From assembly GCF_009914755.1 (NCBI RefSeq), contig NC_060932.1: 64,000 nucleotides of DNA. One strand, written 5' to 3'. Below, in pieces: positions 40,076 to 52,850 of the stretch. The DNA comes from the human T2T-CHM13v2.0 reference genome, Homo sapiens. The position numbers and the translations under genes were made by a program. Under the pieces are notes generated by a model. That model was not told the DNA's origin. It saw only the letters and a program-made list of their open reading frames with translations, and made no database searches. Every line of letters starts with the position of its first letter. The first letter of the stretch is position 1.

Positions 40076-43000
40076 CTAAAGCCTATAGCTATAAGGTCCT
40101 TTATCAAACTTCAGATAGATCTGAAAGTGTGCCACATAGACCCTGTCTACTAGACAGACAGGTTTCTAAGGCTCTTGAAACCATTGTTCCACAGCATACT
40201 GAGTTTCAGGTAAGCCATAGAGAGGTCTATCACAAGGAAATCACTGGGCATGGATTTTGTCCAATAGAGTTAATCTCAACAAGATTAAAAGAAAGACTAC
40301 AGTTTTTTGAATATTGTATTGGTGAAAGCATGATCAGCTTGGACTGAAGGGGACAGAAAATGTTCACCATTAAACAAAATAAAATACCACAAAATATTCA
40401 GAACCTCGGAACTTCTATTGGCAGGATATAATGTGGTAAGTCTACTTAGCTACAGATGTGGGACGTATCTTATGTGAATGGAGGGGTAACACAGAGGGCT
40501 GAATCAAGGCCCCAGAGAATGGAGCCAAGATCGCAGAATGAATCCCAAGGAGCAGTACTGGATTTTAATGAAGTGGCTGGCAATATACGCCAACTGAGTT
40601 TCATAATTGGTTACGAACTAGTGACTGCTATGTGTTACTTTTTCTCACATTTTGAATAGTACTGTCTATTGCAATTCTCCTACCCTTCGATCACCATATT
40701 ATATTAGTTGGGTTGGGGGCAGATACGTGTATCTTCAGTTGGTGAGTCTTTAAAATGAAAGGAATTATACTCAATGACTATACTTGAGGATCTGCACTAC
40801 GGGAGCCTCATCCACATATGGGTGGTATCTGATTTAAATGACAAGGCTCTTACACTTTGGTGGCATAATGGGATGAGAGTTCAGGTAAATTGGAGGGGGG
40901 ATAAGTGTATTTTTCATGTTGGGGGAAATAAATAATGTGTGACCAGAGGGCAGACTCTGGTAAAATGTAGATGGACACAAAGTTTTTGGTAGTCTTCCCA
41001 TTGATATGTAAGAATTAATTTCCCTCCAAATTATACTAACCTGGACTTAGCGACTTGCCTGATCAAGAGTGTTGAGCAAATAAGGATCTGAGACTTTCAA
41101 ACCTAGGTGCTAAGAGAGCTTGCTGCTTCTACCAACAATCTTTCTGAGATTCCTGAAATACCATATAAAAAGTCTTACCAAGCTTAGATCACTTATGCAA
41201 CAGGGACTCATGGAGGTGCTCTGGTTGATCAGATGAAGCCAGTCTTCTAGGAACACTGACAAGGCACCAGACATGTGAAGTAGATGTCTTGAATCCTCTG
41301 AACCAGACCATTTGTAAACTGGATACAACTGGATATCAAACTGCATGCAAACCATCATCTATGCAACATATGCAACAGATAGAATAAAATTGTTAACTTT
41401 TATTGTTTTAAGCTGCTGAGTTTTGTGGGACTTTGTATTTCAGCAAAACTGGCATGAAGGTTATTTATAGTCTATTTTCCCATTCATTAGGAAAATCTAT
41501 ATATTTTTGCCACCTAGATATCCTTATGTTCCATTATAGGGTGATGCTCTGGACTACATTGGGCGAGTTACCTAATATATACTCTATGTTCCATATCATC
41601 TTTCTGAATCTTGAAAAGACTTCACTCCAAAACTCATTTGGACCTAGGAGTTTTAGATAAGGAATTTTGGACATGTATTATTTTCATCATGTTGAACTTT
41701 AATTTATCCTATGTCTGAAAATAGAAATGGGCTGCTTTGCAGGGCCTATAAAAATTTAAGAATAGAAAAAAAGGGTATATAGTACTCAGAAGTTTCCCTT
41801 ATCTTCAGCAAAGACTCTGTTCAGCCAGCTGATTGGGAATCCACTCATTTATGGCTTCCGCCTCCTCAGGTAACTTTATAGCATAGTTTCATCTCATCTA
41901 TCCAGAACAAGTGCCCTATTTCTTTCTTACACAAACTACGTATTTTTTTTTTCCTCACTGGTAAACCTCCTCAATTCCATCTTCGTATTTCACATGCCAC
42001 TTAAGAACCCAGCTCCTAAAGGCATAAAGAGGGTTAATGATTTCGATTATTACCGATTGTAACCCAAAATGATTAATTTGGGGTGAGGAATCAAGAAAGC
42101 CTGACTTTCCCCTAAATAAAACATTGAAGCTCTCTACAGCTTTGAATCAAATCAGTATGATTTTCTTGGGTCAATTGTTGAAGTCATCTTGGGATTTCAC
42201 TTCTGGCTCTACTTCAACTTTTCTTCGCATTATAATATCTCTTTGTTTTTCTCACAAATGCAGAAGTTTCTTTTTTATTATCTAATAAAAATAAATACAA
42301 TAAAAGTGTTCATTAAAGTAAATACACTAATAAGAGAAATAAATACAAATACATTTTCTTATATATTATAATTGTTTGATTTGAATGGATATTGGAAAAT
42401 ACAAAAATTATGCAATTATATACATAATTTTAACCTTATACCAATTCATAGTAATGATTTTAAAAGTAAATATTAGAAAGGGGCATAATATTTTCAACAC
42501 TTCTTAATGACTATTCATGGTTTATTCATAAAGGGGATTATTTTCATAAACTAAATTGAAACAAATTATCAATTTTCCCAAAGGTTTCTATTAATTTGTG
42601 TATGTCAGTTCTCTTTTAAAATAGCTATTGTATGAGAGTCCAAATTGCTAAAGGACCACTTATCTGACCCTCAGAGCCCAGTGGATGAATCTGAAATTTG
42701 AACACTTATGAAAATGACTTTCCCTGGCTTTCTAAAACGTGTCTCTCTCTTAGTTATTAAATTGGTCTTAAGATTCAGTGAGTTCCAACTGCCTCAAATT
42801 TTATCATGATTAAATTCATCCTGATTATATTTGCTGCCTCTATGTGACATCTACAAAATGTAGCTGATGAGATTTATGATGAAAACATCCACCATGGTTT
42901 ACTGTCTTTTGGCAGACCATGCTTCCTTAGGGAACATTCAGATTAAGTGAAAGTTCTAGACAGTGGTCTCAAATATATTTTTCTGAATTGTCTACTCACT

Positions 43001-43084
43001 TTTACTGCACTTAACTTCTTTGACCACAGTGAACAAAATCAATTTTTCTTATAAATGACAACTCTTTGCTTACTTAAGACAGCT

Positions 43085-43498
43085 TCCACAAATACCCTCT
43101 GAGTCATTTCAGGACATTTTTCTCTCTTTTGAACATGTTCCAATATGGCTATCATTATAAGAGTAGGGCTTATCCCTAAGAATTACCATCCACTAAAGGA
43201 AGCTGCCTCACCCAAAATGTACACTCTTTCCCCAAGAGAGCCTCCTGCCGTGACTACAGATGTAGGCATAGAGGCCACTCCCTGGCCTAAATGGAGAGCA
43301 TCTCTACAGGGTGGTCTCAGCTCTAGCGTGCCACAGGGGATGGGCTGAGGTCCTGCTGCAAGTGCATCATGGTGCACCTTCTCTCTCTGTTTGTTTCTGC
43401 TCCCTTCACTTCTATACAGATACTAACCTAGGGAGCACACCCCAATAAACACAGCTTGCAAATCTCCATCTTTGTCCTTGGGGAACACAACCTAACAC
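43085..43498 (+). mobile_element. LTR16-like ERVL LTR
   Basis: Ends cccaataaacacagcttgcaaatctccatctttgtccttggggaacacaacctaacaca. Confidence 0.65.
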
Positions 43499-43927
43499 AC
43501 CCTTCATCCTGTTCTGTCATAGCAAGGTTCACAGTCCCTAGAAACTTGGGTTCTGACACAGATGGTGGACGTCACTCTCCTCCCATCACTGCACCTGCAC
43601 TTAGTCACATGATGCAGTTACTCCTACAGCTGAAGACATGGGAATAAAAATACAGGTGACTATAAATGGAACTTTACATACCACCAAAGAGTGTGCGGTT
43701 ACGTTGAGAGCACACACAAAAAATGCATGTTTCCATAATGTTCTAGAGATTCAGAGAGTCCCTTGAGGCCAGTGTCGTTGGTACTGATACTCATTATAAT
43801 CCATTAAAAAATGAATGGACATCTTTGGTCCATCCATGTGCAAAAGAGGCCACTCTTCATGGTAGGAGGTTTTAGAAACACCTGAGGTATTTCAAACAAA
43901 TTTAGCGGTACTTTAAACCAATCAAGC

Positions 43928-43995
43928 TCACACTCTGTCTCTCTCTCTTTCTCTCTATCTCTCTCTCTCACACACACACACGCACATGTACGCAT
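43928..43995 (+). repeat. (TC)n(CA)n compound microsatellite
   Basis: Read directly from the sequence. Confidence 0.9.
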
Positions 43996-44567
43996 GGCAC
44001 ACGGACACAGAGCCCTAAACCTTCACAAGTGTTGTTCCATTCTGCCTCTCCTCCTTTTCCTAACATTCTTTACCATACTAATTAGTACTTCGTTCTTCTG
44101 ATCCAATTTTGTACATTTCTTTCCCTGGAACCTTTCCTGATACTCCAAGATGGGATTGGATTTTTTTGTCTTTGTGCTCCTGTAGAGCCCCAGATTTATA
44201 TTTCACTGGGACTAATCATAGCACACAACAACAGCAACAATAACAAACACTAACCTAGCATTTATTATGTGTCAATTACTGCTCTGAGCATTTTACATGT
44301 GTCACCTCAAAGGTCCTTCCTCTGTCTATCAGCTTCATCTTACAGGTGTGAAAAGTGAGGCACAGAGTTTCAGTGAATTACTATAGAGATTTACAGAATA
44401 TTTAGCTATAGCCAGGCATAGCTTGCCACCTAACATCAGGAATGTGATCAGAAAAAAATGTGCCATTAGACAATTTTTAATTTTGTGAACATCACAGAGT
44501 GTACTTACATACACCTATCTGGTATAGCCTATTGCCTATAGGATACAAACCCATACTGCATGTTACC

Positions 44568-44714
44568 GTACTAAATACTATACTAAATATTTAGTACAGT
44601 ACTAAATACTATACTAAATATTTAGTACAGTACTAAATACTATACTAAATATTTAGTACAGTACTAAATACTGTACTAAATATTTAGTACAGTACTAAAT
44701 ACTGTACTAAATAC
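44568..44714. repeat. 31-bp palindromic minisatellite (~4.7 copies)
   Basis: Unit GTACTAAATACT(A/G)TACTAAATATTTAGTACA starts at 44568, 44599, 44630, 44661 and (partial) 44692. Confidence 0.95.
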
Positions 44715-44846
44715 AACTGTAACACAATAGTAGATATTTAGTACAGTATTAAATACAACTGTAATACAATAGGAGATATTTGTGAATCTAAAGATATATA
44801 AACATAGGAAAGGTACAGTAAAAATACACTATATAAGATTAAAAAA

Positions 44847-45242
44847 AAAGATGAGTTCATGTCCTTTGTAGGGACATGGATGAAATTGGAAATCATCATT
44901 CTCAGTAAACTACCGCAAGGACAAAAAACCAAACACCTCATGTTCTCACTCATAGATGGGAATTGAACAATGAGAACACATGGACACAGGAAGGGGAATA
45001 TCACACTCTGGGGACTGTTGTGGGGTGGGGGGAGGGGGGAGGGATAGCATTAGGAGATATACCTAATGCTAAATGACGAGTTAATGGGTGCAGCACACCA
45101 GCATGGCACATGTATACATATGTAACTAATCTACACATTGTGCACATGTACCCTAAAACTTAAAGTATAATAATAATAAAAAAATTTAAAAAAGAATGAG
45201 AAAAAAAGAGTATAGATTAAAAAAGCTAAAAAAAAAAAAAAA
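44847..45242 (+). mobile_element. Young 5'-truncated L1PA (L1PA2/3-like) 3' end
   Basis: Near-consensus L1 3'UTR with G-tract and diagnostic text gcattaggagatatacctaatgctaaatgacgagttaatggg, plus an A-rich tail. Approximate TSD aagat(t)aaaaaa. Confidence 0.95.
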
Positions 45243-46732
45243 GATAAAAAAGGTATACCTGGATAGGGTACTTACCATGAATGCGGCTTACAGAACTGGA
45301 AGTTGCTCTGGGTGAGTCAGTGAATGGTGAAGTCCTAGGACACTGCTATAGATTACCACAGACTTTATAAACCCTGAACACTTAGGCTACACTACATTTA
45401 TTCTTTAAATTATTTCCTCAATAGTAAATTAACCTTAGCTACTGTAACTGTTTTTACTTCATAAACTTTTTTTATCTTTTCAACTCGTTCATAATAACAT
45501 TTCACTCAAAACACAAACACATTGTACAGCTGAACAAAAATATTTTATTTCTTTATATACTTACTATATAAGTTTTTTATTTTACAATATATGTATTTAC
45601 TAAAAATATTTCTTAGAATCTTAAAATCTAAGACAAACACACTAGCCTAGGTCTATGCAGGGTCAAGATCATACATATCACTGTCTTCCACCTCCACACC
45701 TTGTTCCACTGGAAGGCTCTCAGGGTCAGTGACATGAATGGAGCTGCTATCTCCTAGGATAATAATACCTTCTCCTGAAGGACCTGCCTGAGGCTGTTTT
45801 ACAGTTAACTTTTTTTAATAAGTAGGCGTACACTTTAACTAACAATAAAATTATGGTATAGTAAATACATAAATCAGTAACATAGTTGTTTATTATCATT
45901 ACTAAGTATTATATATTATATATGATTTTACACACTGAATTTTCTATGAGTGGCAGTGCAAGCTTATTTGCATCAGCATCACCACAAACATGTGAGTAAT
46001 GCTTTGTGTTAGACATTAAGGTAACCACAATGTCACTAGGTGTTAGGAATCTTTCAACCCCATTGTAATCTTATGGGGCCACTGTCCTTTATGTGGTCTG
46101 TCATTGACTGGAAAGGTCATTACATGGTGCACAATTGTATTGACATGTGGGCTTCACCTGATTATCTAAATCCCCAGCAGGCAAGATATCTGCCTTAAAG
46201 AAGGCCAGTTCCTAGCACAGGGACTGGAATTATATTTGAAAAAAAAGTTGAATGAGCGATTTAGACAATAGTGGGATTTAAACGCTGGCTCCAACTCTAC
46301 CTGGCTGCTTGCCCAGGCAATGGGTGATAGATTCCCTGGAGGTTCACTATGGCACCCCTACTGATGAGAGGGCTCTGCCATCACCCTGGGAACTGCAGAG
46401 TGTGTTTTCGTGTTTCAGTGAATGGGATATTAAATTGACCTTCCCTCTACCATGGGCACACATCAGACAGTTACCAATGAGTTTTAGAAAAGTTGTCCCA
46501 TAGAATTATGTCAGGGATACTACTAACAGGTAGCTATCATGTATAGGTTTATGATGCACAGACAAAACCTCTTTGAATCCTCAACACAGTATTTTGAGGT
46601 ACACAGCATTCATATGATGCATATTTTGCAAATAAGGAAAGCAAAACTTAGAGTAGTAAGATACCCGGCCAAACTAACAACTCTAGGCAGTGATGGGTTT
46701 CTGTGAATTATTGGGGTCTTTTCTTCATATAT

Positions 46733-46870
46733 TGTATGAGTTTCCTATGGCCTCTATAGCAAATCATCACAAACTTAATGATTAAAACAACGCAAGTTTA
46801 TTATCTCACCATTCTTGTGGTCAGGAGTCTGAATTCTGTTCCACTGGGCTAAGGTCAAGGTAGTTGGCAA
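46733..46870 (-). mobile_element. MLT1 LTR fragment
   Basis: tgtatgagtttcctatggcctctatagcaaatcatcacaaactt...tttattatctcaccattct. Confidence 0.7.
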
Positions 46871-49560
46871 GTTTTATAGCCTCAATCGTTTCTTCTGTCT
46901 TTTGATGCCTCATTCATATCTTTAGTGTATGGATAAATCACTGAAATAAAAGATAGGTGCTTAGTTTTAACACATGGATTGTTTTATCATGAGATTACCC
47001 ATAGATACACATTTCTCTTTTGTGTCTTCATAATGAATTTCATAGCCACAAAAGAGTACAACATATTGGAAATAAATGCATCCCCAGTATTCACAGAGGT
47101 TAATGGATTGTCCCAAGGTCACATTCAGTGACAGGAAATCAACTGCAATGTGATTGATTGGTATCCCAGTGCATTTTTATTTTTCACTTGTACTTTAAAA
47201 TTCAAATGGAGTATCTTAGCCCTTTCTTGATTAATTACCAGAAAGGCACAGTACACAACCAAACAAAAAAGAACAAATGATAGATATAAAGTTCTTTTTA
47301 AGTCTACAGGTCCTCCAGTAAAATGAAATCTTCTTAAATGAAGGCAGTTTGTTTCAATTATTCCACATTCCCAGCACCTAGTACAGGTCCTGGCACATTG
47401 GAGGTATTCCATAAACATTTACTAAGAGAATAAACATTTTCTATTTGAGTTCACAGAGCCTGTTTCAAGAAAATGTTAGCATAGACATCTCAAAAGTCTT
47501 AAGAATTTACTCAAATGGAGGTGCAAATAAATCAGCAGTTGGATGTAGCTATCATAGAATAAAAGCTATTTTGTGTTCAAACAATAGAAAAAGCACGGGT
47601 CTCAAAATGAGATGATCGTTTCACTCTACACTGCATTGTTTGCAGCACAATAAGCCTCTGGTGTTAGAGAGTCAATAAGTATTATTGAGCATTTACTGCA
47701 CGCAAGGGCATATGCTAAGTCCTGGAAATACATAGGTAAACAATAGAAAACAATCCAAGACCTCATGGTGCATTATGTTAGTGGGAGTTTAAACTTTTAT
47801 GTCAGAAAATAAGTTGCATAAAATAAAACTGCTTATATAATTGACAAATATATTTTCACTGAAAAGATTCAAATACAACCAAATTATCAACACTATCTAC
47901 TGATGTAACCCCTTTTAAAAGATAACCTCTCTTCATGGTTTGATATGCAAGTAATTAGTTATTTAAATAAAAGTGTACACATTGCTGTGGAGAAGAAATA
48001 CCAGGTGATTTGAACACCCAAGCATAATATTTTACCTAAATCATGAGGTTGTATTTGAGGTCATGGGTGGAGTTAGTTGGAAGAAAAGACAGGGAAGACC
48101 ATTATAAGTAGAGCATAGGATACTGAGACATTTTTAATACATTAAGAAAAAATAATGTCTGAGACATCGTTAAAAAAATTGTTAGATGGTAGCAGAAAGA
48201 CAAAAGTAGATATTAGACTAAGGTGAGATTAAAAAGAAAATATTTCAGGTCCTGTAGGAATATCATGGCTATTATTTATTCTTCAAGGTACAAATACTCC
48301 TGGAGTTTAGTAAACTAGGGCATATTCATATAAGGGCATAAGGGTGTATGAAGGACATATAATAAATCATGTCATATAATGAAGAGGTAAAGACTCCGAG
48401 TATGTTCGATCTGCATAAAAAAAGACTAGAAAATTATAATCGATTTCATACTTTGCATTTCTCTAGCTACTTGAGGTTGAGCTTTCTTTCTTATATTTTT
48501 ACACAATTTACATTTATTTCAGTGTTTTCTCTATTCACATCCTTTCTCATTTTTATCTTGACTTCTTTGCCTTCTTCATATCAATGTAGCAAGTAATTAT
48601 TATTAAAATATTATTTTTTTAAATTTTATGTGAGGCAAATATTTTCTACAATCCATAATTTGTGTTTTGACTTTATATTATTTTTAGCTGTGCATTCATA
48701 AATGTGGGGATGATGTCTTTGTAATCAAATATATCAGTTTTCTCCCTTATGACTTTTGGGTGCCCTGTCTTATATTGGAAGACATATGTATGTTTCTAAA
48801 TTTTCTTCTATCTTTTCTCCTATATTCTACATCAAGGGTGTGAGTGTTAACTGGGAGCAAAAGGGTAAGAGAGACCAACCTTCTTTCACTGACCTCAGAG
48901 CTTCCATCCCACCCCAAGGAAAATGAAGTCCAATGTCTGTTCTAGTCCCTGAATGTTCAAGTAGAATCTTCTTCTCTGATGAAAATTTCGATCTTAGCCA
49001 GTCTTTTGTCCTTAATGTTGTGTTATTGCAAGAGTGTTTTTGGAAGAAAGCTAAAAAAAAGTGCTTACAAATTATCCATAAACACATATTTTATCTTTCG
49101 AATATAGCTAATGGTGCACTAAGAGGTATCAATATATGTTCAACTGCAACGAATATTGATGCCTTTTGTTTAAAGGGTGTGTCTATGTAATTTTTGATTT
49201 CTTAAATTTTTACCAGAGCCATTTGAACCATTTCTACCATTCATGACACATATTTAATAAATTGGTTTAAGAGGAAAATTATGGAAAAAAAACAGAAAAA
49301 AATGTTAATTACTCCTTTCATTTGTTAAGAATAATGTCAGTTCCTTCTAAGAATTTTATAACTTGATACTCCATTGCAGGACATAAATCTGATTCCTCAG
49401 AATGAGTTGTTTTTCCTTCCTCAAGCAGAATTTCTTAGGCCCACATCTGGAATTTTAATACAATACCTTACTGTTGCATTATTTTTGTGTTCGTATGAGA
49501 TGTTAATTTAATGGAGCAGTATCATCATAAATATATAAAGACAAATAAACCACTGCTGTA

Positions 49561-51342
49561 TTATTTATTTGATTATGGTAAGAACACATAATATGAATTC
49601 TACCCTACTAACAATTTAAAAAAATTTTAATTGTCATGTAATTATACATATTTATGGGGTATAATTTAACAATTTGATACTTGCATATGTTGTACAATGA
49701 TCAAATCAGGGTAGTTAGTATATCCATTGCCTCAAGTATTTATCGCTTGTTTGTGGTGAGAGCACTCAAAAGCCTCTCCTCTGGCCATTTTGTAATGCAC
49801 AATACCTTACTGTTAAGCATAGTCACTGTTCTGTGAAATACAGCCCCAGACCTTATTCCTGTCATCTTATTGCAACTTTGGACCTGTTGACCCACCTCCT
49901 CTTTTCCCCCTCCTTTTCCCAGTCTCTGGTGATGACTGTTATACTCTCTATAGACATGATATCAATTTTCTTTATTTTCTAGCTTCCACATATGGTATTT
50001 TTCTTTATGTGTTTGGCTTATTTCATGTAACTTTGTGACTTCCAGGTTCATCCATGTTGTTACAAATGACAGGATTTCATACTTTTTATGGCTAAATAGT
50101 ATTCCATTGTATATGTATGCATCTATATAAACACATAATCCACATTTTATTTAGCCATTCATTATTGGGCACTTAGGTTGAGTCTGTATTTTGGCTTTTG
50201 CAAACAGTGCTGAAATAAACATGGGAAGGCACATATGTCTTTGACATAGTTCATTTACTTTAGATATACACCCATTAGTGGGAATTGCTGGATCTTTTTC
50301 TGTTTTCAATTTTTTAAGAAACATCTATATTGTCTGTACTAATTTTCAAATCCACCAACAGTATACCAATGTTCCTTTTTCTCCATCCTCACCAAGACTT
50401 GCTTTATTGGGTATTTTGGATAATAGCAGTTCTAGTATAAGTGAAGTATCTTATTGTGGTTTTGATTTCCATGTCCATGATAATCAGCAATTTTGAGCAT
50501 GTTTTTCATATACCTGCTAGCTATTTGTGTGACTTCTTTTGAGAAATGTCTAATAAGCTATTTTGCCCATTTTTAAATCAGATTTCCTGGGGTTTTCTGT
50601 TGAGTTGTGTATATTTTTTGATATATTCTGGATATTAACTCCTTTGTTAGGTGTATAGTTTGCAAACATTTTCCCCTATTCTACAGGTTGCCTCTTTCTT
50701 CTGTTATCAACGTCCTTCGCTGTGAAAAAGTTCTTTAGTTGGATGTAATCCTATTTGTCTATTTTTTGTCTTGTTGCTTTTGCTTTTGAGGTCCTTATTT
50801 TTTTGAAAAAAAATCCTTGCCCAGCTCAATGTTGTGAAGTGTTTTGCCTGTTTTCTTCTAGTAGTTTCATAGTTTTGGGGTCTACACTTAAGTCTTTAAT
50901 CCCTTTTGAGTTGATTTTTTAATATGGTGAGAGATGGATATCTAATCTCATACTTTTGAATGTGGATATTCAATTTTCCTGGCACCATTTATTGAAGAAA
51001 CTGTCTTTCCTCAATGTGTATTCTTGGCACCTTTATCATTTACAATATAGTATCGTTACCTATAAGCATGTTGTATAGCAGATCTCTAGGGCTTTTAAAT
51101 CTTGCTTACCTGGAATGTTATACCTGTTAAATAATAACTTCCGAACTCCTTGCAACTCCTGCCTCATGCTTCCCTTAGCCTCTGGCAACCACTATTCTAC
51201 TTTTAGCTTCTATAAATTTGACTGGTTTTAATGCCTCATATATGTGGAATCATGCAGTATTTGTTCTTCTATAACTGGCTCATTTGATTTAGCATAATGT
51301 CCTCAAGTTTCATCCATAGTGTCAAAAATAGAAAGATTTTCT
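49561..51342 (-). mobile_element. L1MA9-like 3' end split by a second L1MA (~49625-51035)
   Basis: ggtaagaacacataatatgaattctaccctactaacaattt stops at ~49620 and resumes at ~51040 (tacaatatagtatcgttacctataagcatgttgtatagcagatctctag). The insert is a separate antisense L1MA 3' end. Confidence 0.8.
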
Positions 51343-52310
51343 GGAAGACTTTTAAGTAAAGACTATCCAATGTATATTCTGTCATAAAGTAGAGGAAAAG
51401 GGCCAAAGATCACTGCTTTCTTTCCCTGGCATAGAAGGACAAGATATTTCTACATTATCTGTGGTCTTATGATTTGTCAGTTCAGTCAATAACCAGAAGA
51501 ATAGAGAGACCAGTGAAAAATTACTACCTCTCTGAAACTCAGCTTACTCATCTGAAAAAAAGGAATGATAAGAAAACATCTCCAGGTACTTCTTAGATTT
51601 GACCTTGAGTCTCATCAGCTGCTATGAGATGTTAAAACAAGCAAACAAAAAAACTAAAAACGACGACAGGAGGAAAGTAGTGTTTCTGTTTGACATTTGG
51701 CAGTCTCCACAGCATCTTGAGCTGAGCTTCACCAGTAACTAAAAATGCTATTTTTTCATGTCTTATTTGGGATCAGGTAAATATTAGCTATGAAAATACT
51801 TTATAAATAAAATAAAAGTTCTATCCAGTAGTTGAACTTTTTTTATTGAAAGTAAAAACAAACAGCATTGGCTAAATGCAGTTAAGAAAAGAGAGAAACA
51901 TGCATTGAAACAAGCAAAAGCAAGGGTGTGTAAAACAAAATAAAATTATTGGCAGGCTCCTGAAAATTTTAAAAAATATTTGACGAATTATATAACCTTG
52001 AGAAGGCCATTAGAAGCAAGAATTTCTGTAGTACACTATTGCTAACATGATACAGCAACAAGGCAAGTGATACAATTAAAATTCCACATTCTAAGGAGAT
52101 AGAATCTGAATGGCCTAACTTGGATCAGGTGTCCTCCCTGGGTCTGTCAGATTTGGCAATTGTAGTGACATGGTGACTTGTCACTAGCACTGGTGGCCTG
52201 GATCTGCAAGGAGGCCCCAGTGTCCACAAGGTAAAGTGAAGTGGGACAGCAGCTCTACCTGATACACATAATAAAATTTATTGTTTCTTAGCAAAAACCA
52301 TTCTGGAAAT

Positions 52311-52446
52311 ATATTTTATATATATATATAAAACATTATATATATACATATATTATATATAATTATATATATAACATATATTATATATAATTATATATAT
52401 AACATATATTATATATAATTATATATATATTATATATATATATAAA
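52311..52446. repeat. AT-rich repeat with a 28-bp period (ACATATATTATATATAATTATATATATA, ~3 copies)
   Basis: Units start at 52346, 52374 and 52402. Confidence 0.9.
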
Positions 52447-52805
52447 TTGAGTAGCTAAATACATGAGAAAAAAAGAGCACTCTTGGACATTTCTGCACTA
52501 GTCAGATTACTCTGTTGAAGCCCGAAGATGGCCTTACCCTCAGGTTTTGTATCTAAATATCTCATACAGACTAGGAAAAATCTATTAGATCATCATATAT
52601 AGTACTTGAAAACAAATAGTATGATAAACATTCAGGTGATATGTAGTAAACAACAACAACACCACAATATCTTTATCCTCTTAGAAATTAAAATTCAATG
52701 GAAATTTAAAATCTTGGAAATTAAAATCTAATAAAAAGGCAATGGAAATCCAGTGCAAAAGTCAAAGGCCATGGAGTTGAGATTTTGGTTTATCTATGTC
52801 TATAC

Positions 52806-52850
52806 GTGTGTGTGTGTGTGTGTGTAGAGAGAGAGAGAGAAAGAGAGACA
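52806..52850 (+). repeat. (TG)n(AG)n microsatellite
   Basis: Read directly from the sequence. Confidence 0.9.

Larger units (their letters stand above)
39060..41455 (+). mobile_element. MLT1 internal region (MaLR-int) plus 3' MLT1 LTR (~40955-41455)
   Basis: MaLR-int-like text (gtgtggaaaatagaag...gatctagctaaaaaggtttc) and an LTR ending ttttaagctgctgagttttgtggg. Confidence 0.55.
44413..46137. mobile_element. Tigger3/Golem (Tigger3b-like) DNA transposon, interrupted by a minisatellite and an L1PA
   Basis: Motifs gtgaacatcacagagtgtacttacatacacc, cttaccatgaatg...gaactggaagttgctctgggtgagtcagtg and cccattgtaatcttatggggccactgtc. TA follows the right end. Confidence 0.85.

Noticed and set aside
44568-44714. 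Palindromic ~30-bp repeats resembling a CRISPR array
   Set aside because: The units are head-to-tail with no unique spacers, there are no cas genes, and the context is primate DNA.
45022-45043. G-quadruplex-like G tract
   Set aside because: It is a normal, well-known part of the L1PA 3'UTR.
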